Shown here piece by piece: positions 47,483 to 64,000 of a stretch of 64,000 nucleotides of DNA. The DNA is from Hormiphora californensis (Eukaryota > Animalia > Ctenophora). The position numbers were made by a program, and so were the translations under genes. Numbering within the stretch: the first letter of the stretch is position 1; every line of letters starts with the position of its first letter. Under the pieces are notes generated by a model. It saw only the letters and a program-made list of their open reading frames with translations, ran no database searches and was not told the DNA's origin. The stretch is from contig CM035354.1 in NCBI GenBank assembly GCA_020137815.1, positions 3,286,001 to 3,350,000 on the forward strand, given 5' to 3'.

Positions 47483-48257
47483 CCTAACTATACAATAGAG
47501 ATGGGTGTTAGCAGTAATGAAATAGAGATAGGTCAGATAGGTGTTAGATAGGTGTTAGAAACAGGAGTAATGAAATTAAATAGAGACTGTCAAATATTTT
47601 CATGGGTCTTCAAGGATTAGGTTGTTAGTTTAGGAGTTATTTTATAGTCTGGAATAGGGGATTAAAGACAACCCAGCACCCACAAATTATAATTAACGCA
47701 TGGGGTATGCGGTGATGCAGCTACCGTATATTGCGGGAGTTTTGTGGGAGATGGCTTAGTGGCACAGTAATTACCAGGAATTATAAATCAAACTAACATA
47801 AAGTACAATAAGAATATTACCATGGAATCTAAATAATCACATTATATAAACATTAAACACCATGCGGCTACTAAAATGATGTAAAATGGATTATGGAACA
47901 TCTTTTGTTTGGGCTAGTAACGGTTTTTAAATCGCCCGTGATGTGACAGGGAATCTATAATAATAAGTAAGTACTTCACTACAGTAAAGATCCGAGTACA
48001 TTCAGTATAACCAGGATGATGGGTAACATGTTAACAGTGTAAAGAAAAAGATAGCTCATATCTGGGTATATCCGGGATTATATCTCTTAGATACCAGACT
48101 GGTGACCGGTCAGCTATGACTGGTATTACCAGTCATAACTGTCAGGTGTTGTTGAATATCAACTAAGCACTATACATAACTAATATTTAATCACATTGTA
48201 ATTGTCTCTTCAGTACATAGAAGGAATAGGGATCATCGACCCCAGCAATTCCCTCGT

Positions 48258-51200
48258 TTATGCCTCTGTGTAGGCCGGAGGGGGAGCGACTTGCATATGA
48301 CCTAAGAGGATATAGGTGTGTTAATAAACATAATACCGGTAGCAGTTTTGGTCTGTTAATGAGATAATAACATATAAAAGAGAGTTGTTGTTTATATGGA
48401 AAGTATGCTGCAGAATTGTTCAGCAATTTATATTAAATGGAAAGTGTGCTATACCAAGGTAAAGAAGTGTGCTTCAGCCGGACAGCAAAACTTGAGAGTA
48501 CCCTGGGAAATATACAGGGTGTGAACTGCATGTCGTGTTTGCTAGTCGCGAGCGCGCTTGCGAGACAAGCAAACACGTCAAGGTTCATTAACAAGCATGC
48601 TGCTCAGTCATTTTAGATTTAATACACAATGTAAGGATACCATGTAATAGGTGAGACTCTTGCCGTCACCCTCGTTCAAGTCCCGTGAAAAACGGAGCAG
48701 TACACGCAAACTGATGCCCATTTTCCTCGCGTGACCCCGATTCAGCAGTTTGAGACACCAACTCTTTAGGGGGCCATATCTCAGGAACCAGACAAGATAG
48801 GAAAAATCGCCGTCTAATGAGGCGTACAGTTTTTAATCTAGTTTACCACTGTACCGGCCGTTTCACTCTCCGACCTAAAACAAAAATCGCAACCCCACAA
48901 AACTTCAAAATAATGAAATTCGCATCTCGCATGTCGTGTTGCATGTCGTGTTGCATGTCGTGTCATGTTATTGACGCGCTCGCGTTCAACTCTCACACAG
49001 CAGCTGCAGAACATGGCGGGAAACATCGAGGAGTAGAGAGAGGGTCAGTGCCGAATCAAATATTTCTTGATCTTGATCTACTCCATCTCTCAGCTATCCT
49101 ACCCCTCATCAACTCGATCTCTCAGCTACCCTACCCCTCATCTACTCCATCTTTCAGCTACCCTACCCCTCATCTACTCCATCTTTCAGCTACCCTACCC
49201 TTTATCTAGTCCATCTCTCAGCTACCCCATCTCTCAGCTTCCCTATTAGGGAAGCATAGAGATGGAAACTATCAGGGGTAGGGAATCCCTATCCTTAATC
49301 GTTTCCATCTCTCCGCTACCCTACTCCTCATCTACTCCATCTTTCAGCTACCCTACCCCTAATCTAGTCCATCTCTCCGCTACCCTACTCCTCATCTACT
49401 CCATCTCTCAGATACCCTACCTCCCATTTACTCCATCTCTCAGCTTACCTACCTCCCATTTACTCCATCTATCAGCTTCCCTACCTCCCATTTACTCCAT
49501 CTCTCAGCTTCCCTACCTCCCATTTATTCCATCCCTCAGCTACCCTACCTCCCATTTGATCCTGTCTGGCGCCGCGACCCATCTGAGCGCACTGTTGAGA
49601 ATCAAATTGGGGTCTGGCGCCGCCAGACAGATTTGATCCATCTCTCAGCTTCCCTACCTCCCATTTACTCCATTTCTCAGCTTCCCTACCTCTCATTTAG
49701 TACTCCATCTCTCAGCTACCCTACCTCCCATTTACTCCATCTCTCAGCTTCCCTACCTCCCATTTACTCCATCTCTCAGCTACCCTACCTCCCATTTACT
49801 CCATCTCTCAGCTACCTTACCTTCCATTTACTCCATCTCTCAGCTTCCCTTCCTCCCATTTACTCCATCTCTCAGCTACCCTACCTCTCATGTACTCCAT
49901 CTCTCAGCTTCCCTACCTCCCATTTACTCCATCTCTCAGCTTCCCTACCTCCCATTTACTCCATCCCTCAGCTTCCCTACCTCCCATTTACTCCATCTCT
50001 CAGCTACCCTACCACCCATTTACTCCATCTCTCAGCTTTCCTACCTCCCATTTACTCCATATCTCAGCTTCCCTACCTGCCATTTACTCCATCTCTCAGA
50101 TACCCTACCTCCCATTTACTCCATCTCTCAGCTTACCTACCTCCCATTTACTCCATCTCTCAGCTTCCCTACCTCCCATTTACTCCATCTCTCAGCTTCC
50201 CTACCTCCCATTTACTCCATCTCTCAGGGGTAGGAATGTTAGGATAATTGAGAGATGGAGTAAATGGGAGGTAGGGAAGCTGAGAGATGGAGTAAATGGG
50301 AGGTAGGGAAGCTGAGAGATGGAGTAAATGGGAGGTAGGGAAGGTAAGCGATGGAGTAAATGGGATGTAGGGTATCTGAAAGATGGAGTAAATGGCAGGT
50401 AGGGAAGCTGAGATATGGAGTAAATGGGAGGTAGGTAAGCTGAGAGATGGAGTAAATGGGAGGTAGGGTATCTGAGAGATGGAGTAAATGGCAGGTAGGG
50501 AAGCTGAGATATGGAGTAAATGGGAGGTAGGAAAGCTGAGAGATGGAGTAAATGGGTGGTAGGGTAGCTGAGAGATGGAGTAAATGGGAGGTAGGGAAGC
50601 AGAGGGATGGAGTAAATGGGAGGTAGGGAAGCTGAGAGATGGAGTAAATGGGAGGTAGGGAAGCTGAGAGATGGAGTAAATGGGAGGTAGGGAAGCTGAG
50701 AGATGGAGTAAATGGGAGGAAGGGAAGCTGAGAGATGGAGTAAATGGGAGGTAGGGAAGCTGAGAGATGGAGTAAATGGGAGGTAGGGTAGCTGAGAGAT
50801 GGAGTAAATGGGAGGTAGGGAAGTTGAGAGATGGAGTAAATGGGAGGTAGGGTAGCTGAGAGATGGAGTAAATGGGAGGTAGGGTAGCAGAGAGATGGAC
50901 TAGATTAGGGGTAGGGTAGCTGAGAGATGGAGTTGATGAGGGCTAGGGAAGCATAGAGATGGAAACGATTATGGATAGGGATTCCCTACCCCTGATCGTT
51001 TCCATCTCTATGCTTCCCTAATAGGGAAGCTGAGAGATGGAGTAGATGAGGAGTAGGGTAGCTGAGAGATGGACTAGATAAGGGGTAGGGTAGCTGAAAG
51101 ATGGAGTAGATGAGGGGTAGGGTAGCTGAAAGATGGAGTAGATGGGAGGTAGGGAAGCTGAGAGATGGAGTAAATGGGATGTAGGGTAGCTGAGAGGTGG

Positions 51201-54115
51201 AGTAAATGGGAGGAAGGGAAGCTGAGAGATGGAGTAAATGGAAGGTAAGGTAGCTGAGAGATGGAGTAAATGGGAGGTAGGGAAGCTGAGAGATGGAGTA
51301 AATGGGAGGTAGGGTAGCTGAGAGATGGAGTAAATGGGAGGTAGGGAAGTTGAGAGATGGAGTAAATGGGAGGTAGGGTAGCTGAGAGATGGAGTAAATG
51401 GGAGGTAGGGTAGCTGAAAGATGGAGTAGATGTAGCGGAGAGATGGAAACGATTATGGATAGGGATTCCCTACCCCTGATCGTTTCCATCTCTATGCTTC
51501 CCTAATAGGGTAGCTGAGAGATGGAGTAGATGAGGAGTAGGGTAGCTGAGAGATGGACTAGATTAGGGGTAGGGTAGCTGAAAGATGGAGTAGATGAGGA
51601 GTAGGGTAGCGGAGAGATGGAAACGATTATGGATAGGGATTCCCTACCCCTGATCGTTTCCATCTCTATGCTTCCCTAATAGGGAAGCTGAGAGATGGAG
51701 TAGATGAGGAGTAGGGTAGCTGAGAGATGGACTAGATAAGGGGTAGGGTAGCTGAAAGATGGAGTAGATGAGGGGTAGGGTAGCTGAAAGATGGAGTAGA
51801 TGAGGGGTAAGGTAGCTGAGAGATCGAGTTGATGAGGGGTAGGATAGCTGAGAGATGGAGTAGATCAAGATCAAGAAATATTTGATTCGGCACCGACCCT
51901 CTCTCTACTCCTCGATGTTTCCCGCCATGTTCTGCAGCTGCTGTGTGAGAGTTGAACGCGAGCGCGTCAATAACATGACACGACATGCAACACGACATGC
52001 AACACGACATGCGAGATGCGAATTTCATTATTTTGAAGTTTTGTGGGGTTGCGATTTTTGTTTTAGGTCGGAGAGTGAAACGGCCGGTACAGTGGTAAAC
52101 TAGATTAAAAACTGTACGCCTCATTAGACGGCGATTTTTCCTATCTTGTCTGGTTCCTGAGATATGGCCCCCTAAAGAGTTGGTGTCTCAAACTGCTGAA
52201 TCGGGGTCACGCGAGGAAAATGGGCATCAGTTTGCGTGTACTGCTCCGTTTTTCACGGGACTTGAACGAGGGTGACGGCAAGAGTCTCACCTATTACATG
52301 GTATCCTTACATTGTGTATTAAATCTAAAATGACTGAGCAGCATGCTTGTTAATGAACCTTGACGTGTTTGCTTGTCTCGCAAGCGCGCTCGCGACTAGC
52401 AAACACGACATGCAGTTCACACCCTGATATACAGTGCTTAGAATGAAATAAACTTCTCGTGTACATGCTTGAAAAAGCCCAGTATACACCATAACTTTAT
52501 ACTAGTTCATAACTTTACACCAGTTACATACACGCTAACACAGACACACAGACAATAACAACGTAGTGCATGCTGCAAGGAGATTTTTGCTGCTTTTTGC
52601 TACACTTTTCCAACAACTCAGGAATTCATGATAGTAAGTTGCAAAACACAGGTTCAATATACATGACAAACCACGTGCTACAATGGGCCTGCTAATTGAC
52701 ACGTGCTACTTACCGGGTAGTTGAACAGGTACGGTTGGGGCTACCACAGCAACGGGCTGAAACATATTCAGGGTTAGTCTATCACAGTATACAGTATACA
52801 CTAACAACTAACACTAGATAAACATGAACAGTATGCATTTCCGTTTGTCTGTGTGAAACTTGTCTTGAGTATAACATTTAACTCAATCTTTACCCCATAC
52901 CATCTTTACTCTGTTTATCTTACCTGGTGGGTGCGAACACAGGGAGAGGGACTGCAGCAGGAGTAGATGCCCCAACTCAAATACAGGACGAACTGTGGGA
53001 AATAGATATTGACATCGTCAACCATCTTTTAAAACTAACCAATACCGTGTTTATGAAGTTGAATAGGGTAAAGAAAGTTGAGAGAATATGTGAGATGACA
53101 TAGATGTCATAATTTATTATTATTATTAGCACGCCCCGGATAAGAAGTGATCTTGTAAAACTTGTTATACACCATTACCTCAAGAGCATAAAGTATGCAG
53201 ATGTATGACTTGAAGGTGGTCCCCTGGAACGAAAAGGAGAAGATTATAGCGATCGGTATAAACAGGAATGCACTCAACATGGTCACCACAGCAAACATAA
53301 TCGTCTGAAAGGATGTGTTTAAAGCGGCTAGAATTAGCTGTGTAGTGTAGCCAACATAGAAATCTGAACGACTTGAGAATTTAATAGTTATCATATGATG
53401 ATGTGACAGTTACTATGGTAACTATGTGCAGTTGGTATGGTAACATACATCACAAGTGACGTCAAAGTTCTTACCATCGACCGAGATCTAGTCCAGAAAA
53501 CAGAGAATCCCATTCCAGCTATCAGAAAGGCCTGGGTAGAAAAGTGTTGTTACGAAGGGGCTAGGTCCCGGCTAGGTTTAACAAGTTTCATGTTGACCCA
53601 GATTGACCCTTTCCTGCAACTGCTAACAGTTCGGAGAGGACCGTCTTCTTGGGACAACAATGAAAAACTATCCCAATAAATCAGGATCCTACTGTGGAGC
53701 ACGGACAGTGTTAAGCGACTCAACTAAAAATCTAACTAACCAGGAATGCGGTGCAAACGGGTTCTGCCATGAAGTGCTCATACACGCCATTGCCCCACCA
53801 TTCCTCATCATTAACAACGGCCATCGTCATCTTTTCCATATACACACACCCCACTACCAACTGAGGTGGGTTATTATAATTAGTCTTATGATAAATGCCC
53901 CGGGGCCTGGCCCCTAAAAAATACTAAATTAGGGCATATAATAAGGAAAAGGGCATAATTTTGGGAGGGATTATATTAGCTCAAACATTATTCAGCAAGA
54001 TACTAGAAAACTTGGATACCTGGACAATCCCAACCAGAGCAGTTGCCGCACTTAGAAAGAGGTGAGTTCGAGCCTGGAGAGGGCCCATAAACGGTTTATG
54101 TGACGTGTCCGCCAT
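48258..54115 (-). CDS. Four-pass membrane protein, MS4A/CD20-like, paralogue 2; exons 54115-54020, 53860-53741, 53531-53475, 53304-53179, 52992-52924, 52756-52714, 48301-48258
   Basis: In-frame splicing gives MADTSHKPFMG..HLFLSAATALVGIVQ|LVVGC..|AFLIAGMGFSVFWTRSRSM|TIMFAVVTML..|FVLYLSWGIYSCC..|PVAVVAPTVPVQLP|GHMQVAPPPAYTEA*. The first three intron positions and several motifs match paralogue 1. Confidence 0.8.
48515..52426. mobile_element. 3.9-kb foldback-type element: ~560-bp unique TIRs plus inverted arrays of a 32-bp repeat
   Basis: CAGGGTGTGAACTGCATG... (48515) and ...CATGCAGTTCACACCCTG (52426) are near-identical inverted arms, with ATATA on both sides. The internal CTCCCATTTACTCCATCTCTCAGCTTCCCTAC repeats switch orientation at ~50228-50248. 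No transposase ORF. Confidence 0.92.
49562..49630. mobile_element. 69-bp micro-transposon with 8-bp TSD
   Basis: ATTTGATC|CTGTCTGGCG...CGCCAGACAG|ATTTGATC, present in the left satellite arm only. Confidence 0.88.
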
Positions 54116-54393
54116 TTTCCTACAAGAGGGATGAATGGAGATCAGAAAAACAAGGGGGGATCGTAAAATGATGGGGGGGGGGGGGTAAATTGTTGATCGA
54201 TTGATAGATCATAACATGGGTTTAGGCCAAGTAACGTTGGGAAATAAAACGCTGATTTCGACAAAAAGAAACACGATGAAGGGGTGGATAGACTTTTTTA
54301 TAAATTACTAAGAAGTCAAATTAAAACACTTTAAAAACGTTTACAAATATTAAAACTTTTCCAAAGTTACCTACTCTCACACACTCGCTCACA

Positions 54394-57300
54394 CTAGGAC
54401 CCATTGTTGACGAGAAGTCCCTGTAGCTTTGCAAGATCGTCCTGCCCAAAGCTCTTCATCAGATCGGGGTAGCCAGTCATAACAGCCGTCATGATTTGGG
54501 CAAGTTCAGCCCTGGCCTCATCTCCAACTTTCTTGTTGGACAACTCCGCTGCAAAGATGGGAACGAGAGCGGGAAGGTGGGTGTTTAGTGCTCCTGCACC
54601 AAGGAGATATCTCAGGCACGAGTACACCGTCTCATTCTCCTCCATGTCCTCACGGAGTGGCAGCCACTGAACAAAGGCAGGGAGGAACGAGGGACAGGTT
54701 CACTGCATCCGGTTGGGTCTTAATCATCCTGGCAACATGCTCCGAGGACATTATCCATGGTTCGTCCGTCTCCGTTCTCCTTGAGAAGTGGTGCGAGGAC
54801 CTCCAGGAATTTGGGGTACTGTCCAGCAAGAGCTGGTCCACAAGCCTCAGCGAGGGCTCCAATACCAAAGACACAGTTGCTGACAACATCAGGGGAGGAA
54901 TCTTTCATGCCCTTCAGGAAGTAGTTGAGTAGAGTCTCCGCAAATGGAGTTACAGCGGGGCCCGTCTTTTGGATCATCTCCGCAACAGTTCCACTTGCCC
55001 AGTTTTTCTTGCAGAGATTGTTCTTGGGGAGCAGCAGGGGCAGGAACATTTTGTAGAATGGTGCAAACTTGGCTCCTCCGATCGCAGTAGCCAGGGTGGG
55101 GAGAATGGATGCGGCGTAGTCAAGGAGGACAGTAGCCAGCTCACTCTCATCATCTACCTCTTCGCTGTACGTATCATCTTCCTCATCCTTCTGGCATGCA
55201 GTGGTACAACTCAGGACATCCTTCACAATCTCAATCAGCTCATCTAGGAAGGCATCATTTCCACCCATCTCCGCTCCAATCTCCTTCAACATCTCGTTGA
55301 GTGACTCCAAGGCACCACACACCAACTCCCGCTCTTTATCAGTCTTGACGACCTCTAGGAGATGGGGTACAGAGACGGAGAGCATCTTGGGGAGCAGGGC
55401 TGATTCATCTTGATAGTTGTTCTTGTGGATTAGCTTGTGTAGGGCAATGGCAGTCTGGGAGAGGCACAGCATGGCACTCTTTCGAACTGGTGGCGAGGAG
55501 AAATCAGCCATTTTCAGGGCATAACTAAAGGATTCCTCGATGAATGGCGCGAAAGCAGGTCCCATCATGATAGACAACTCAGCGAGCGAAGCGAGGGTGT
55601 CTGTTTTCTCCTCAAGATAACTGTTCTCCACAACAATCCCCTCGATGTTCTCATAATCACCCAGGACATGATCTCCATCCTCCTCTCCTTCCTCTTCTTC
55701 ATCCTCACTCTCTCCCAGATCAAACCGGAGCAGGGAGCTATCCTTGTAGGAGGTCGTCATACCCTCAGTACTATCGAGAGACTCAAACATCTTCTGGACA
55801 AGGGGCTCAATCACGTTCACAAGAACTTCTGGGTGGGTAGATGAAATAGCGGCGAATAGTCCGTACAAGCACCTCTTTAGATCAGGATCTTCGGCGGTCT
55901 CAAGATTGGAGACTCCAAGCTGGACACATTCCTCAGCCATACCCAGGAAGACTTCCTTGCCAACACTCCTAGCAAAGATACCAAGAGTATCGATGGCTTG
56001 GGTCTTCAGGGATAAGACTTCCTCGGAGTTAGGGGCCATCAGGTATACCTTCATGTGTTCCATGATCTGGGGGAGGAAGGGCACAATCTCCTGTTCAGCG
56101 GCACTTGTGACAGCACCGATGGCGCTGATGGCCATTTCCTTGGAGGAGTTGGAGCCTGTCCCGCTCAGGACAGAAACCAACTTCTCGATCAGACTGGGAA
56201 GGAAGGGCACAATTTTCTCTCCCATATTCTCACACAGGGATTCCAGGGCGTAATAGGTTCGGGTGAGAGCTGAGTTCTCAGACCCCATGTCATGGGAAAT
56301 CTTGGAGCAAAGAATGGGCAGAATTTCTCCGCTGTATTTGGAGATTTCTGGTTGCAAATGTTCCGCAAACTGTCCCAGGGCGTACAGGGCAGCATTCCTG
56401 ACCTCATCAGATCCATCTTGGAGGCCACCGGCAGCCAATTTGAGACATTCCTGCAGGTGGTGCTCAACCAAGTATTCACCACATCCCTCCGCAATCACTG
56501 CCAGGGCAACAAGTCCTGCCTTTCGGTCAAGAGGCTCGCTGGAGCCAACACCGGGAAGAATGTAGGTTTGTAGAAGGGCTGGTACTAGTTTATCAGCCGG
56601 GAGATGCAGGGCAATGGTATCGAGAATAATACCCGCGTATTGGATTGGCGTTTCGGATTCCGTGTCCTCTGGCTCAGGGGTAGCTAGGAGTTTGAAGACG
56701 ACACCCAACACCCGTTCCACCAGCTTCAACTTCTGGATGGTCTTCTTCTTGGCAGCAATCAGCCAATTCAGGAATGTCATGAACTTGACCCGTGTAGCAT
56801 CCTCTAGGGCGGTACTTTGGGCAACTTCCAGGCAGAGCTCAGTTAGATCAGTCAGGTGGGGGACAATAACAGGGACCTCACATTCCAAGAGGTTCTCAAA
56901 CAACTCCAGAGACTGACAAGCTTTGTCCTCGTCAGCAGATAGCAGGGTGTGGACTGCCTTGATAGAGGCGGGGAGGAGGGAAGCGAAGGGTTTAACATTT
57001 TCAGTTCCGATGAAAAGGACTAGTTTGCTCATGGCAATACATGTCAGGTAGAGAACCTCAGGTGATGCAGATGACAATGTTCCCGCATAGAGCTGGAACA
57101 AAGCAGGGTAGTGAGGTTCCATCTCCATAGCAACAGCATCACTGATAACTCCCATAACATAGAGTCCCAGTTGCTGGGTTGCCTCGTTCATGCAGGCCTC
57201 GGTAAGGAAGTTCAGTAGTTCAGGCCAACTCTCGAACTGGTGTTTAGCAATCACACTCACAACACCGGTAACCGAGTTCCTGACCTCCTTCGCTGGGCCC

Positions 57301-57569
57301 TGGGCAAGGACCGTGAGACAGGTCGTTTTAACACCACTTTGAAATCCCTCGTCAAGTTTGCTCCAGCATTTCTCCACCTTTTGTCGGAGAATTGTGGCGG
57401 CATACTGACGCACTGCAATGTTGTCACACCCAGTGAGGATCTCACACAAAGCGGGGATCACAGCAGGCTCCTTGATCACCTCTTTTAGTTTTGCTGTGGC
57501 TGCTGTGATGGCATTGCTGTCCGGGAGCAGCAGCTGGGCGATTATCTCTTCGAGTTGAGCACGGGCCAT
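54394..57569 (-). CDS. IPO4: Importin-4 (karyopherin-beta, HEAT repeats), intronless CDS with two +1 indels near 54738 and 54686
   Basis: LEEIIAQLLLPDSNAITAATAKL..AVRQYAATILR, RKAGLVALAVIAEGC, VRNAALYALGQFAEHLQPEISKY, ENSYLEEK. The C-terminus DNVLGA-VARMI..LV-LPAFVQWLPLREDMEENETVY is spread over three frames. Confidence 0.92.
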
Positions 57570-57699
57570 GTCCTGGGAAGCAAAATGGGGTTAGGAGTGC
57601 ACTTGATTAAGATAAAACAAGCTAATTCAGTGATAGTAGCATAGTGATAGAGCTTAAAAAACATAACTGATAAACTGCTCGCCGACTGTCAAACAAATT

Positions 57700-57900
57700 T
57701 GTGAAAACGGCCATCTTGGAAATTTGCTTCGGATCTTGAACGAGTTCCCGAATTTAAAACGCCGAATCGCGTTGAACTGCGCGGCTCGTATTTTGCGCGT
57801 ACTGTTTTGGGTTCGCGCGCTTATCTCGGAGTCAAGTGTGCTTGCGCCAACAGAGTTTGTTGTAACACATCGCGCGTTCCGAATATGCTCCTTTCAATTT
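57700..57900 (-). promoter_or_regulatory. CpG-rich putative promoter of importin-4 with a YY1-like motif
   Basis: Local CpG enrichment; the minus strand has CAAGATGGCCG at ~57708-57718. Confidence 0.45.
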
Positions 57901-58228
57901 GTGACACACAGGTGGCCACACTGTTGAGAGATTGTTGTGCTGTTATTGAATCTCGGAAATTGCGACTGAGTAGATCTAAACAACTTGATCTTGTTAGCAA
58001 TAATAAAATAAGTTACTGTATAAATAAATTAACCAAAATATAAGGAGGTTTCTTAGTTTTACACTCACAGCTTACAAAATAAATAGTAGCAACTAGCAGG
58101 AGAACAGGAGAGAAAATATAAAATATAATTAATCTGTTTGTTACATCGCGGTCTATACAATCCCGAATTAATCAGTTAATCACATGGTAGGACGTGTTTA
58201 TCATAACTTATCTCTTTACACTATACAT

Positions 58229-62879
<4,651 letters not shown>

Positions 62880-64000
62880 CTGAAATTGATTGAAAACAGT
62901 GAGATGGTTGGTATAGTTCCAACCAGCTCAAATTGGTCGAAATGGTTTTTTCCTCGTAAGTACTCTAACTTTATTTTTGCCTTGCTCGACCCTGTTAGAA
63001 GGATTAGAACATAACAACTTGATTTGAGCCGGATGGATCAGCTATATTCACATAATTCATCTCTACAGACTATAATCATGCAGTGCTACTTATTTATAAA
63101 CAGTCATCTGATAAAGACTCGCGCTCAGCGCTGGGGTATTGTATTAGGCAGCTAGTGTGATCGGGAGTGGGCGGCATCAAAGAAAAGGATCCGATAAAGA
63201 CCCGGTGTTATACTTTGTTAGTCTGCTTCACACATTCCTTACAATGGATAGTAGTTCGATACGTGGGTGCTATATGTGTCGGAAAGCCGGTAACCAGTTT
63301 ACTGGCATATTTAAATGTCGAATTTAGCATTCATGGGCGTTAGAGGCAAACCATTTATACCGCTTCTTGGTTGAGATAGAGAGGGAGGGAGAGAGGGCTG
63401 AGGGAGAGAGATACGTTGACTGAATTTGAAGCTATATCTGCGTCATGCGTTAGTTGAAAGGTTTCACATTTGTCGAACGCTTTGTGTTTCATCATTATCG
63501 TGAGCTACAAGATATATTCAAAGAGATTTGTAGTGAACTTAGTACTGATACTTAGTGCAAATCATTATATGATGGACCAGTTACACTAACAACTTGTTGG
63601 ATACTTATACTGTCGTGAGTCGCTCTCTAAATCTCAACTGATATAACTTATCATACTCATGCAAATCTCTAAACCCCAACTTATGATGTCTCTCTCTTTC
63701 CCTCCGTATCAAGCAGATTCCCTGATGGTACGTGTGCTACTAAAGATTTGTGGATCTGACTGTTATTATATACGATGCTACAAAGACTCTTTGTTGGTCA
63801 ACGACGAATGTACGCCCCTAATTACAACTCCAGATTTTGGTATCTCTAGTATAGAGATGCAGCTAACTCTCATTTTCTTAAAATTAGAGATATACAAATG
63901 TAAAGCAGGGTTAGAACATAACAAAGATATACCTTTGTTATGTTCTAACCCTACTTTACATTTTGTAAGAGGGTCGAGCAAGGCAAGTATATCTCCAGTC

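Noticed and set aside
49070-51865. Possible CRISPR-like array
   Set aside because: The units are contiguous with no unique spacers, there are no cas genes, and the context is eukaryotic.
49067-52124. Repetitive ORFs (LLHLSASLPPIYSISQLPY...) and the identical 130-aa ORFs at 48817 and 51732
   Set aside because: Translations of the 32-bp satellite and of the mirror-image TIRs; no transposase motifs.
54588-57488. Antisense ORFs overlapping importin-4 (likewise over the P450, Argonaute and RT)
   Set aside because: Expected shadow ORFs of long coding sequences; no recognisable motifs.

Overview
Eukaryotic (animal) genomic DNA with spliceosomal GT-AG introns, many (GA)n microsatellites and many miniature inverted-repeat transposons. 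The small CAGGAACCGACCGAA... repeat at 5491-5606 is one I recall as abundant in the ctenophore Pleurobrachia, so a ctenophore origin is likely (from memory, not a database search). I reconstructed eight genes by hand. On the minus strand at the left is a two-exon CYP46-like cytochrome P450 lacking the I-helix AGxxT motif. Transcribed divergently from it is a compact Argonaute (+) with an intact DEDH tetrad but two +1 indels at the start of PIWI. The other six form a head-to-tail minus-strand run: PNPLA8-like (partial), intronless importin-4, two tandem four-pass MS4A/CD20-like paralogues that the ORF track misses, cyclophilin B-like and p120 RasGAP. These six are only 278-775 bp apart (stop to next ATG) and most have a 3' splice acceptor a few nt before the ATG, suggesting an operon-like, trans-spliced cluster. 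Repeats include a 5'-truncated CR1/L2-type LINE, a 3.9-kb foldback element with 32-bp satellite arms, a 1-kb near-perfect palindrome, nested MITEs, a MITE with telomere-like repeats and a 69-bp micro-element. About 36950-38270 looks like low-quality sequence, and the scattered +1 indels in conserved genes are probably sequencing errors.
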